A stretch of DNA of 64,000 bases from a virus: the IMG/VR virus record IMGVR_UViG_3300025195_000002. The stretch is one strand, 5' to 3'. Below are positions 39,005-46,659 of this stretch, one piece after another. The stretch's first letter is position 1; the number at the start of each line of letters is the position of its first letter. A program made the position numbers and the translations under genes. The notes under the pieces were generated by a model. It had not been told where the DNA came from and did not search any database. It worked only from the letters and a program-made list of their open reading frames with translations.

Positions 39005-39649
39005 TTGATTTTGTCTAACCATAACCCCCTTAAAGAAATTCAACGAAATCCCATTGTTGCTGTTATAGATTTAGAAACAGGTTCGTTGAGAAACAAAGCT
39101 CACATATTTACAGCAGGGATGGTCATTGGTAATATTCTCACTGGTGAGATCTTTAGCGAACACTACTACCGTGTTGCCTCTGATGGTCAGGAGGGTCGGA
39201 TAAGTGACAGTGAGACTGTTACTGATTTTTGGGGTGACTTGAATAAAGTTTCCCGTGAAGCAAGGCGAGAGATATTTGACCTAGAGTTAGATCGCATTCC
39301 ACTCGAAGAATTGTTGCTGAGATTAAACGAGGACATCTGCGGTGTTGTAGAAAAACTCGATATCAAAAATCTCCATGTAATGGGCAACGGTAGTGAATTT
39401 GATAACGCTATTATTTTAGATGTCTATAAAGAACTAGGTATTAAACCAGCCTGGCCACATGGTAACAATCAATCCCTGCGTACACTGGTATGGATGGGGC
39501 GTTTGTTATTAGGGATAGATCCAAAATACCAAAATGAGTTTATTGGTATCCGTCACCATGCCTTGGACGATGCACGGGATGAATTTAATTATAGTACCGC
39601 TATTGTTCAGAAATTTAAAGAAGCGCTAGAGGGTGCAGGTAAGGAATAA
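39005..39649 (+). CDS. DEDDh 3'-5' exonuclease (Rv2179c-like)
   Basis: IDLET, GNGSEFDNAII, SLRTL, HHALDDARDE. Confidence 0.85.
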   Translation: MILSNHNPLKEIQRNPIVAVIDLETGSLRNKAHIFTAGMVIGNILTGEIFSEHYYRVASDGQEGRISDSETVTDFWGDLNKVSREARREIFDLELDRIPLEELLLRLNEDICGVVEKLDIKNLHVMGNGSEFDNAIILDVYKELGIKPAWPHGNNQSLRTLVWMGRLLLGIDPKYQNEFIGIRHHALDDARDEFNYSTAIVQKFKEALEGAGKE

Positions 39650-39653
39650 TAAA

Positions 39654-40193
39654 ATGTATAGTAGTAATTTTATTGCTATCCTTGCATGCGATAGCAGATA
39701 TGGCATAGGGGTTAATAACAGTATCCCCTGGCACTGTCCTGAAGACTTCAAGCATTTTAAAGAAACAACCTATGGCCATATTCTTATTATGGGCCGGAAG
39801 ACCTTTGATAGTATTGGAAAACCTCTTCCTGGTAGAGCAACTATAGTAGTAAGTCGCAATACACGAAAAACGATACCTGGTGTTATACAGGTATCATGTC
39901 CTGAACAGGCTTACTATACGGCAGCATCTATTGCAGATGCTGTGGAAGGTAGAAAAGTCTTTGTCTGTGGCGGTGGTGAAATTTACAAAACCATGCATAA
40001 ATGGACAAATCGCTACATCGTCACTAAGATACATCATTCAAAGGTTGATCACTTTGATTGTGATACACGTTTTGATAATACGCTATTGCGGGGATGGCGA
40101 CTTGAAAAGGTATCTGATTTAGAAAAATCTAAAACGAAAGACATTGCCTTTCAAATCCTACATTTTATTAAAGGAGAAACACATGGGAATTAA
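39654..40193 (+). CDS. folA: Dihydrofolate reductase
   Basis: GIG.NNSIPWHCPEDFKHFKETT, MGRKTFDSIGKPLPGR, VCGGGEIY, CDTRF. Start at ATG 39654. Confidence 0.95.
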   Translation: MYSSNFIAILACDSRYGIGVNNSIPWHCPEDFKHFKETTYGHILIMGRKTFDSIGKPLPGRATIVVSRNTRKTIPGVIQVSCPEQAYYTAASIADAVEGRKVFVCGGGEIYKTMHKWTNRYIVTKIHHSKVDHFDCDTRFDNTLLRGWRLEKVSDLEKSKTKDIAFQILHFIKGETHGN

Positions 40194-40455
40194 ACAGTCA
40201 GTTTTAACCCCTATCAAGCTATCTTACGACTGCGATGTCTGTGGTGGAAATGTACTTCCTAATCGAGGCGATATGGACTCTAATCATTGGTATAGTACGT
40301 TCGATGCGAAGCGTATCCCCCACCAGTGTGTTGATTGTAAGAAAGATTATTACTTTAAAGCAGATATTACTCAAATTATCTTTTGCGATTCATCCGAAGG
40401 CTTTGCTCCGGATACATTAACCGATTATTTGCTGAATAACCCAACCAAGGAATAG
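40183..40455 (+). CDS. Small Zn-ribbon protein
   Basis: CDVC...HQCVDC; start at ATG 40183 behind AAGGAG. Confidence 0.55.
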   Translation: MGIKQSVLTPIKLSYDCDVCGGNVLPNRGDMDSNHWYSTFDAKRIPHQCVDCKKDYYFKADITQIIFCDSSEGFAPDTLTDYLLNNPTKE

Positions 40456-40459
40456 ACCA

Positions 40460-41197
40460 ATGAAAATAGAACAAGCTATTGTTGCCACAACGACAATGTT
40501 ACAAATGCAACACGATGTTAATGTTGTTATGAATAAAACGGAAGACTGGGTCAGTTTAAATCGCCCATGGTACCGTGCTATCTGGACTGAAGCCAGTGAG
40601 ATTGTTACAGAGTGGGTTGATTGGGAATGGTGGAAGAAAGGGCAAGTAAGTGTTTATCAGGCTCAATTAGAGCTGGTTGATATCTTTCACTTCATTCTCT
40701 CTAATGCCCTACAAAACCGCGACCCAGATGAAGAGTCGTTCGAAGATGTTGCCTATGTTGTTGCTACTCAATTATACGATCAATTAGGTAAAAGCGCCGT
40801 TCTCGATCTACCTGAAGACATTGAAGGTCTGTGTGGAGTTGCTGAGCGTTTTATTAACGACACCATTGAATTCCATCAACCGGACCTTGGTTATTTTGCT
40901 GACTTGATGAACGCATTAGACTTCTCATTTGAAGCACTATATATGTGGTATATTGGTAAGAACCAACTCAACCATTTCCGCCAGGGACATGGTGATAAAG
41001 AAGGTACCTATGTGCGTAACTGGGTCTTCAGTGCTGATGGTGATACAGTTGCTGACAATGCCTGTCTGGAAAACATTGTTACATCAGCTATTAAAGCCAA
41101 CATGGATACAGATGGTTTTGCTGATCATGTAACGAAGGAGTTAGACTCACGTTGGGAGATTCATCTATCTTATACAGGGGAAAACGATGCGGGGTAA
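40460..41197 (+). CDS. dut: Dimeric all-alpha dUTPase (Campylobacter/trypanosomatid type)
   Basis: Q...N, W.RAIW.EASE, WEWWKK, ELVDIFHFILS, YIGKNQLN.FRQ.HG.KEGTY...W....DN. Confidence 0.9.
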   Translation: MKIEQAIVATTTMLQMQHDVNVVMNKTEDWVSLNRPWYRAIWTEASEIVTEWVDWEWWKKGQVSVYQAQLELVDIFHFILSNALQNRDPDEESFEDVAYVVATQLYDQLGKSAVLDLPEDIEGLCGVAERFINDTIEFHQPDLGYFADLMNALDFSFEALYMWYIGKNQLNHFRQGHGDKEGTYVRNWVFSADGDTVADNACLENIVTSAIKANMDTDGFADHVTKELDSRWEIHLSYTGENDAG

Positions 41198-41831
41198 ATT
41201 GATTGTTGTAGAGGGTAGTGATGGTTCGGGTAAAACCTCACTTATTGAGAGGCTACAGGGTTGGTTACTAGTTAATGGTAATGAAGTGGAAGTCTTTAGA
41301 GAACCTGGCAGTACTCCAATAGGGGAAGCGGTAAGGACGTTAATTAAAGATCCTAACAGCACTATATCGGTTACTACACAGACCGAGCTGCTATGGCTTT
41401 CACGCGCTCGGTTATTAGAAGAGATAGTTCAACCTAAGCTTTCTGCTGGGGTTAATATTATCCTTGACCGGTATTGGTTCTCAACGTTAGTCTATCAACA
41501 CGAGTTCTATAAAGACAAACCTATCTATGATACTATTCGTAATATCATCGAACAATACTACCAGGCCGACTATCTCATCTACCTTAAAGTATCGCCAGAA
41601 GTTGCATATGAGCGATGTCGAGCAGGTAATGGTCGAGGTAACGTTGCTGATATGAATGACGATAAACCCCTCGATGTATTTGTAAAATGGTCACAGATGT
41701 ACAATGAGTTATTTGATGCTTATTGTAAATGTAAACCAAACTACAAACAGGCACTTTCCATTGATGGGGACCAGGTGTTTTCAGAGGTGGCAAATGATGC
41801 TTGTCATTTCCTAGTAGAGCTAAGTGAATAA
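41187..41831 (+). CDS. tmk: Thymidylate kinase
   Basis: IVVEGSDGSGKTS P-loop, FREPGST.IGE..R, ILDRY..ST..YQ. Confidence 0.95.
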   Translation: MRGKLIVVEGSDGSGKTSLIERLQGWLLVNGNEVEVFREPGSTPIGEAVRTLIKDPNSTISVTTQTELLWLSRARLLEEIVQPKLSAGVNIILDRYWFSTLVYQHEFYKDKPIYDTIRNIIEQYYQADYLIYLKVSPEVAYERCRAGNGRGNVADMNDDKPLDVFVKWSQMYNELFDAYCKCKPNYKQALSIDGDQVFSEVANDACHFLVELSE

Positions 41832-41874
41832 AATGATAGGGGCCGAAAGGTCCCTATGACGTCAAGGAGATTTA

Positions 41875-42195
41875 ATGTCCATATTTCAATGTCAGCGGTG
41901 CGGTTCTTCGGAGAATACCGCTTTAGGTCTCTACCATAGCCGTCATCGCAATGAACGGTATTTCGATGGGTTAGAAAATGGAACTGCGTTATGTTCAGCC
42001 TGTGCACCTACTCACTACAAAGATGGTTCATGTAGTTCATTTAATGGTGAATGGCATAATCGGTTTACACGTCATTTCTTACCCAAAGGATCTTGCTTTA
42101 CTAATAATGAGGGAAATTTAGAACATCGTGAAACTGGATTGGTGGGAAACAAGCTTTATGAAACTTTAGGAAAGGTTGAAGAGTATCCAGATTAA
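41875..42195 (+). CDS. Conserved phage Zn-finger hypothetical protein
   Basis: FQCQRCG..ENTA, ALCSAC, GEWHNRF; AAGGAG RBS. Confidence 0.6.
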   Translation: MSIFQCQRCGSSENTALGLYHSRHRNERYFDGLENGTALCSACAPTHYKDGSCSSFNGEWHNRFTRHFLPKGSCFTNNEGNLEHRETGLVGNKLYETLGKVEEYPD

Positions 42196-42289
42196 ATTTA
42201 CTACTTGCTTGTAAGGAGGGTCTTGGTGACTCTTCTTATGAGCAGTATTATGCTGTATCTTTTTTTTATTTAAAAAGGAAGTTAGTACC

Positions 42290-42700
42290 ATGGCTGATAG
42301 AAATGAAATTAATTTAGATACCTTTAATGCTGTCCAAGACAGCTTGGCTAAAGAAGATGCTAAAGGTGGTAAGACACGCCCAAGGATAACCTGGTTAATG
42401 GCTATACTTTTTACTAGCTTTTATGTTGTTTATATGGTCATTATGGTCGAAAGTGTCATGGCGGGTAAGTTTGTATTACCTAACTGGGAAGAGATCACCG
42501 CTTTACTAGGTCTACCTGCATTTGTTTTGCGTAGTTATTTCAATAACCGCACGCAGGATAAGAAGACTCGTGCTGCGGCTGCCTTAGGACTTAACCCTAA
42601 CGCGACACAGGGCACTACTGCATTAGATACATTAATACGGGTGTTGTCTGTAAAGTATCTAAAGATAGATCCGGTTACTATGAAACCAGTAGATAAATAG
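42290..42700 (+). CDS. Putative holin
   Basis: 136 aa; hydrophobic helix (ITWLMAILFTSFYVVYMVIMV) plus a second (LLGLPAFVL); basic segment; first gene of a membrane-protein cassette preceding the spanins. Confidence 0.55.
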   Translation: MADRNEINLDTFNAVQDSLAKEDAKGGKTRPRITWLMAILFTSFYVVYMVIMVESVMAGKFVLPNWEEITALLGLPAFVLRSYFNNRTQDKKTRAAAALGLNPNATQGTTALDTLIRVLSVKYLKIDPVTMKPVDK

Positions 42701-42717
42701 CAAAAGAGGAGAGTATC

Positions 42718-43155
42718 ATGCTTTTAGGTTATAAAATAGCAGGCGTTACTAGTGTTGTTTTACTAGCAATTATAGGCTGGCTCTCCTATGAAAATGTTAC
42801 GCTTTCAAGAGATCTAGCTTTAAAGCAAAATGAAGTTGATAAGCTTACCTCAAATGTTGTAACGTTGGAAACTGCTAACGAAACAAGCAATGAGACAATT
42901 GACAAATTAATCACACTGTCCCAACAACAGGCTGGATTAATTGAGCGATATGGGGAAAGAAATAATGAAGTGGTTACAAAAGCAAACAGGTTGGAGAACG
43001 AGATTGATCGACTTCGTAATACAGAAGCTGTTCAAGCGTTACAAATTCCCTTTGAGAGGGGCAATGCTGCTACTGTGCGTGTCGGTGACCTCATGCAGTC
43101 TATTGCAGGCACCCGTACAGACAGTGAAAGTAAAGACGATTCCAGTAATCCCTAA
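42718..43155 (+). CDS. i-spanin (Rz-like)
   Basis: Single N-terminal TM helix followed by a long coiled coil; 3' end overlapped by a lipoprotein gene in another frame. Confidence 0.7.
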   Translation: MLLGYKIAGVTSVVLLAIIGWLSYENVTLSRDLALKQNEVDKLTSNVVTLETANETSNETIDKLITLSQQQAGLIERYGERNNEVVTKANRLENEIDRLRNTEAVQALQIPFERGNAATVRVGDLMQSIAGTRTDSESKDDSSNP

Positions 43156-43525
43156 GGTTACTATCCCCGCCCCTATTGCGAAACCTACTATATCTATACC
43201 ACCCGTTATTACATTGACGCCTGATGATGCGTTATATTATCAAAAGGCTTGTGATGACTTCGGTATGATTGGTCAGGACGATGGTTATACGCTGAGTGAG
43301 ATTAACAGTCTCTATCCAGGACTAGATCGCTCGGCGGCGTGTGATTGGGCTATCTATGGTTTTACCGTGCAAGGTTGGTTAACATTTGAAAGCCAACTTA
43401 ATCGACTGGGTGTTTATACAGAGCAACTTCGCAATCGTATTAGCTACTTAGAGTCTATGATTAAAGAGTTAGAACAAAACGCCAAAGTCCAACAGGATGC
43501 AATATTGGAGAATAATAATGACTGA
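43064..43525 (+). CDS. o-spanin (Rz1-like outer-membrane lipoprotein)
   Basis: Start moved to ATG 43064 (GAGAGGGG RBS); MLLLCVSVTS-C lipobox; Pro-rich linker (IPVIPKVTIPAPIAKP). Confidence 0.7.
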   Translation: MLLLCVSVTSCSLLQAPVQTVKVKTIPVIPKVTIPAPIAKPTISIPPVITLTPDDALYYQKACDDFGMIGQDDGYTLSEINSLYPGLDRSAACDWAIYGFTVQGWLTFESQLNRLGVYTEQLRNRISYLESMIKELEQNAKVQQDAILENNND

Positions 43526-43787
43526 TGAAAGACCTGAAAGACGCCGCTTAGATCACCGTATACACGAGGTGGCGTATCTTTTAATGAAGTTACGGATAGC
43601 GCAAGTTGCGTGTCTAGTGTTCATCTGTTACCTTACTTTTGATTTCCATGTCTTTTTTACAGAAAACATAGACAGGTTTGAACAATGGCAGATGGTATCA
43701 GTGGTAGCGTACATGGGTGGTTTCTTAGGTGCGCTTAAGTTGATGTTTGAAAATATTAAATTAAAGGTCTCCAGGGATGATATATGA
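43518..43787 (+). CDS. Two-TM membrane protein (holin/antiholin-like)
   Basis: GGAG RBS; two hydrophobic segments; charged N-terminus. Confidence 0.5.
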   Translation: MTDERPERRRLDHRIHEVAYLLMKLRIAQVACLVFICYLTFDFHVFFTENIDRFEQWQMVSVVAYMGGFLGALKLMFENIKLKVSRDDI

Positions 43788-44170
43788 CGTTTTTTACACT
43801 TAATATCGTGACATTGATTACTATTATAGCTATTAATGCATTTACAGTCATGGACGGTGAATATCTATTTCGAGTAAGTAGATGTCAACGATGTAATATG
43901 TTGGATACCGGCATTATTACCTGGTCTGATAGAATAAGAGTATGGGTTAAGGATTCTAATACCGCCATTGGGCTGTTATTGTTTATTACCGCTACGGGTA
44001 TGTTGAGTATATTCATATATCTATACATTCTGATTCTTTTTACTTTTAGCATCATGCGAACATTGGATGGTCAACAAGCTGCTACATTAAGTCTAAATTA
44101 TTATTACAAGTTGTTTATAGGTCCGTTTACAGTTGTATGGTTACTGCCGTGTATTCTCTATTTCTCATGA
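43784..44170 (+). CDS. Multi-TM membrane protein
   Basis: Three hydrophobic segments; ATGA-coupled to the previous gene. Confidence 0.5.
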   Translation: MTFFTLNIVTLITIIAINAFTVMDGEYLFRVSRCQRCNMLDTGIITWSDRIRVWVKDSNTAIGLLLFITATGMLSIFIYLYILILFTFSIMRTLDGQQAATLSLNYYYKLFIGPFTVVWLLPCILYFS

Positions 44171-44174
44171 TATA

Positions 44175-44208
44175 AGCAGGTACTGTAAAAGGTACCTGTT
44201 TATGCCGT
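44175..44208 (+). terminator. Hairpin + TATGCCGT element closing the lysis cassette
   Basis: AGCAGGTAC-TGTAAAAG-GTACCTGTT, then TATGCCGT (44201). Confidence 0.7.
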
Positions 44209-44226
44209 TAGAGTCATTTTCAGACC

Positions 44227-44234
44227 TATATTAC
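44227..44234 (+). promoter_or_regulatory. phiKZ-type early promoter core TATATTAC
   Basis: Exact match in ACCTATATTACT context, 33 nt upstream of a small ORF. Confidence 0.6.
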
Positions 44235-44266
44235 TTAAAGGATATTAACCTACTAAGGATATTAAC

Positions 44267-44389
44267 ATGACTATCTCTCTATTAGATATCATTATTTATT
44301 TCGTGTTCATGGGTTCACTGGTAGCCTTACTTTATCGGGATAACATTATCCCTGCTATCAAACAATGGTTTAAACGAACCCTCGCATGA
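44267..44389 (+). CDS. 40-aa single-pass membrane peptide; absent from the ORF track
   Basis: AAGGA RBS; MTISLLDIIIYFVFMGSLVALLYRDNIIPAIKQWFKRTLA; own promoter and terminator. Confidence 0.6.
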   Translation: MTISLLDIIIYFVFMGSLVALLYRDNIIPAIKQWFKRTLA

Positions 44390-44440
44390 CGGCATAGAGG
44401 AGGACATTGTCCTCCTTCTACTAGCTTTCTTTTTTTCTTT
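44389..44440. terminator. Bidirectional hairpin (T tract on plus, TATGCCGT on minus)
   Basis: ACGGCATA, then GAGGAGGAC-ATT-GTCCTCCTTC, then a T-rich tract. Confidence 0.7.
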
Positions 44441-45275
44441 CAATAATCTGATAGAGCCTAGACTCACCATTACAATATTTACCTTGCTTGAGGTTAGTCA
44501 GGTAATGGCTATTTAATAGATGGCCAGGTAAATTAGCGGTATACTGAATACCGGCAATGCGGGTCTGGTAGTGTTTCGCGCCTATTCGAAAGACATAGTC
44601 TTTTTCATTACCAAAATGTTCTACGTTCTTAACCAAAGGAAACTCATCCTGAGCACCTGCAATAGTAAATAACTCGATATTGCTAAGGTCTAAACCATAA
44701 CCCTTTAATATCTTAACCACATTTGAAAGAATGATCCCTCCCTGAGAGTGAGCAATAATGTGGATTTTCTTTCCACTTAGTACAGGATAAAAAAGATGCT
44801 GTGCCATAATTCTAGCAATAGGCGTTAAACGGGACGTAGCCCTGCCTACAACGCTTTCAATAAGATCTCTATACATTCCCCTAGAGGGGTTATATAGACC
44901 CATCACAGGCTCATCTAGAAGCCGTGATAAACCATCAAGGTTAACATCCAAGACATCTTTGGTTGTCATGATGCCGTTAATAAAATAACAAAGCGTTTCT
45001 TGCTCGTTAAATTCATTGATAGTTATCGACCTACTATAATGATGAGGTTTAACAAAGAATCGATCTAAAGTCTTAGCCGTACTCTCACCACGCGCCACCA
45101 TAGACGCTACTAACTTTACCTTGCTGGCATGGTTGATCTTGTCACTAATAACTTTGTCTTCCGTACCATATTCTGGTTCAGGATGACCTTTGGATGCATT
45201 GATGTAACGTAAATAGGGCAGTTCACTAATAAGTAGTATCGTCTCCCTCACGATGTTGATAAATGTCTTAAACAC
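44421..45275 (-). CDS. Alpha/beta-hydrolase fold protein (lipase/esterase-like)
   Basis: Nucleophile elbow IIAHSQGG, upstream FINGI oxyanion motif, NEKDYV acid and C-terminal GHLL..HY histidine. Confidence 0.75.
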   Translation of the reverse strand: MFKTFINIVRETILLISELPYLRYINASKGHPEPEYGTEDKVISDKINHASKVKLVASMVARGESTAKTLDRFFVKPHHYSRSITINEFNEQETLCYFINGIMTTKDVLDVNLDGLSRLLDEPVMGLYNPSRGMYRDLIESVVGRATSRLTPIARIMAQHLFYPVLSGKKIHIIAHSQGGIILSNVVKILKGYGLDLSNIELFTIAGAQDEFPLVKNVEHFGNEKDYVFRIGAKHYQTRIAGIQYTANLPGHLLNSHYLTNLKQGKYCNGESRLYQIIERKKES

Positions 45276-45313
45276 AAGTAAACCCTTAACGTTTTAAAAT
45301 AATTGCATACGAT

Positions 45314-45347
45314 TCGGCATAAATGGGACCCTAATACAGGGTCCCAT
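45314..45347 (-). terminator. Hairpin + TATGCCGA element (minus strand)
   Basis: ATGGGACCCT-AATAC-AGGGTCCCAT with TCGGCATA on its left. Confidence 0.7.
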
Positions 45348-45361
45348 AAATAAGCATTGTT

Positions 45362-45892
45362 TTATTGTTCGATGTTGGTTAAATAAACCGCATCGTTTTC
45401 AACATCTACTAACAACTCAAACTGACCTTTCCCCGTCAGAGATAATGAGCTTTCTTGAGTACTCTCATCAAGATGAAAGACCGTACTCTCTAAAGATGAA
45501 ACAACGGTTACTACGCCCGCTGTATCCCATACATTATCCACCTTGATTAATGCATTTTGAACAATATCACCCATGTCTATCGTAATCGTACCATCACCTG
45601 CACCGATCCGTTTAACGATATGGTGTACGGATAACCCTGATAAGGTAACATCCCCAACGCTATTGATCACGTTAAAGGTGTTGTGAGGGTCAGACTCAGT
45701 AAAGTGTGCCTCTAAGATCCCATCGTACGACATTCCAAATGCGAACATATTACCTTCTTCATCCTTGGAGAAGATAACTTGATCAGCGATGTTAAACGCA
45801 ATACCAGCAACATTAATGAGTTCTGGTTCAGGCGTTGCGCCGGGTGTTGTACTGTATGGGAATCCAATGGGGCCTAGGCGGAAAGTTGCCAT
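45362..45892 (-). CDS. Tail-associated protein with Mtd-N/hyaluronidase-N-like module
   Basis: 'YSTTPGATPEPELINVAGIAFNIADQVIFSKDEEGN' is homologous to the N-termini of 48365-49357 and 58831-59421. Confidence 0.55.
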   Translation of the reverse strand: MATFRLGPIGFPYSTTPGATPEPELINVAGIAFNIADQVIFSKDEEGNMFAFGMSYDGILEAHFTESDPHNTFNVINSVGDVTLSGLSVHHIVKRIGAGDGTITIDMGDIVQNALIKVDNVWDTAGVVTVVSSLESTVFHLDESTQESSLSLTGKGQFELLVDVENDAVYLTNIEQ

Positions 45893-46021
45893 TGCATGCT
45901 CCTGGTATTGCAGGCCAATGAGTTAGCGTGCTGTCTCTTTTATTTAATAACCGACGTGATGTCAGTGTACGTGAAAGGATTCATAAGAATAAGGTATTTT
46001 TCTTGAATATAAATTTACACC

Positions 46022-46029
46022 TATATTAC
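46022..46029 (+). promoter_or_regulatory. phiKZ-type early promoter core TATATTAC
   Basis: Exact match in ACACCTATATTACT context, 49 nt upstream of ATG 46078. Confidence 0.65.
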
Positions 46030-46077
46030 TTAAGTAGAGCAATTGTGGATGGTGTTAATTTAAATAGGAATACAATA

Positions 46078-46623
46078 ATGAACCTACAACAGATAGAGAA
46101 CCTTGCATTGGAGTTAATGAATCTTGACACGTTGGACATAAACGATAAAAGACTTACATTAAAGGATGATTCTACTAACGTTACAGTAGCTCACGCTATG
46201 GCCGCCAAGGGTTACACTTTTCCACTAGAGAGTGAGCTACTTAAATTAGTAGGTACGGCTGACTGGTCAGTGGCCCACTCCATGGCCAGTATAGGTTACG
46301 ATTTTCCCGAGGATAGCGAGCTACTGAAGTTAGTAGATATAACAGGTGAGTCGGTAGCTCACGTCATGGCCAAGCGAGGTTACCAATTTTCAGAAAACAG
46401 TGGGATACTAAAGTTAGCAGACTTTCGAGGCTGGACAATAGCTCACACCATGGCGCAACAAGGTTACACTTTTCCACTAGAGAGTGAGCTACTTAAATTA
46501 GTAGACGATCAAGGATGGACAGTAGCTCACGTCATGGCTGATGAAGGTTACCAATTTCCAAAAGGCAGTGAACTGCTGAAGTTAGTAAGCAAAGACATCA
46601 AAGGCTACGAGGATGATTTCTGA
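46078..46623 (+). CDS. 28-aa tandem-repeat protein (ankyrin-like)
   Basis: About 5.5 repeats of GY.FP..SELLKLVD..GW.VAH.MA..; start moved to ATG 46078 behind AGGA. Confidence 0.75.
   Translation: MNLQQIENLALELMNLDTLDINDKRLTLKDDSTNVTVAHAMAAKGYTFPLESELLKLVGTADWSVAHSMASIGYDFPEDSELLKLVDITGESVAHVMAKRGYQFSENSGILKLADFRGWTIAHTMAQQGYTFPLESELLKLVDDQGWTVAHVMADEGYQFPKGSELLKLVSKDIKGYEDDF
46210..46504 (+). repeat. 43-bp exact direct repeat (46210-46252 and 46462-46504)
   Basis: GGTTACACTTTTCCACTAGAGAGTGAGCTACTTAAATTAGTAG occurs twice, 252 bp (3 x 28 codons) apart. Confidence 0.9.
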
Positions 46624-46659
46624 TAACTGAACTTTTAATATTAAACTTAGGAATATACG

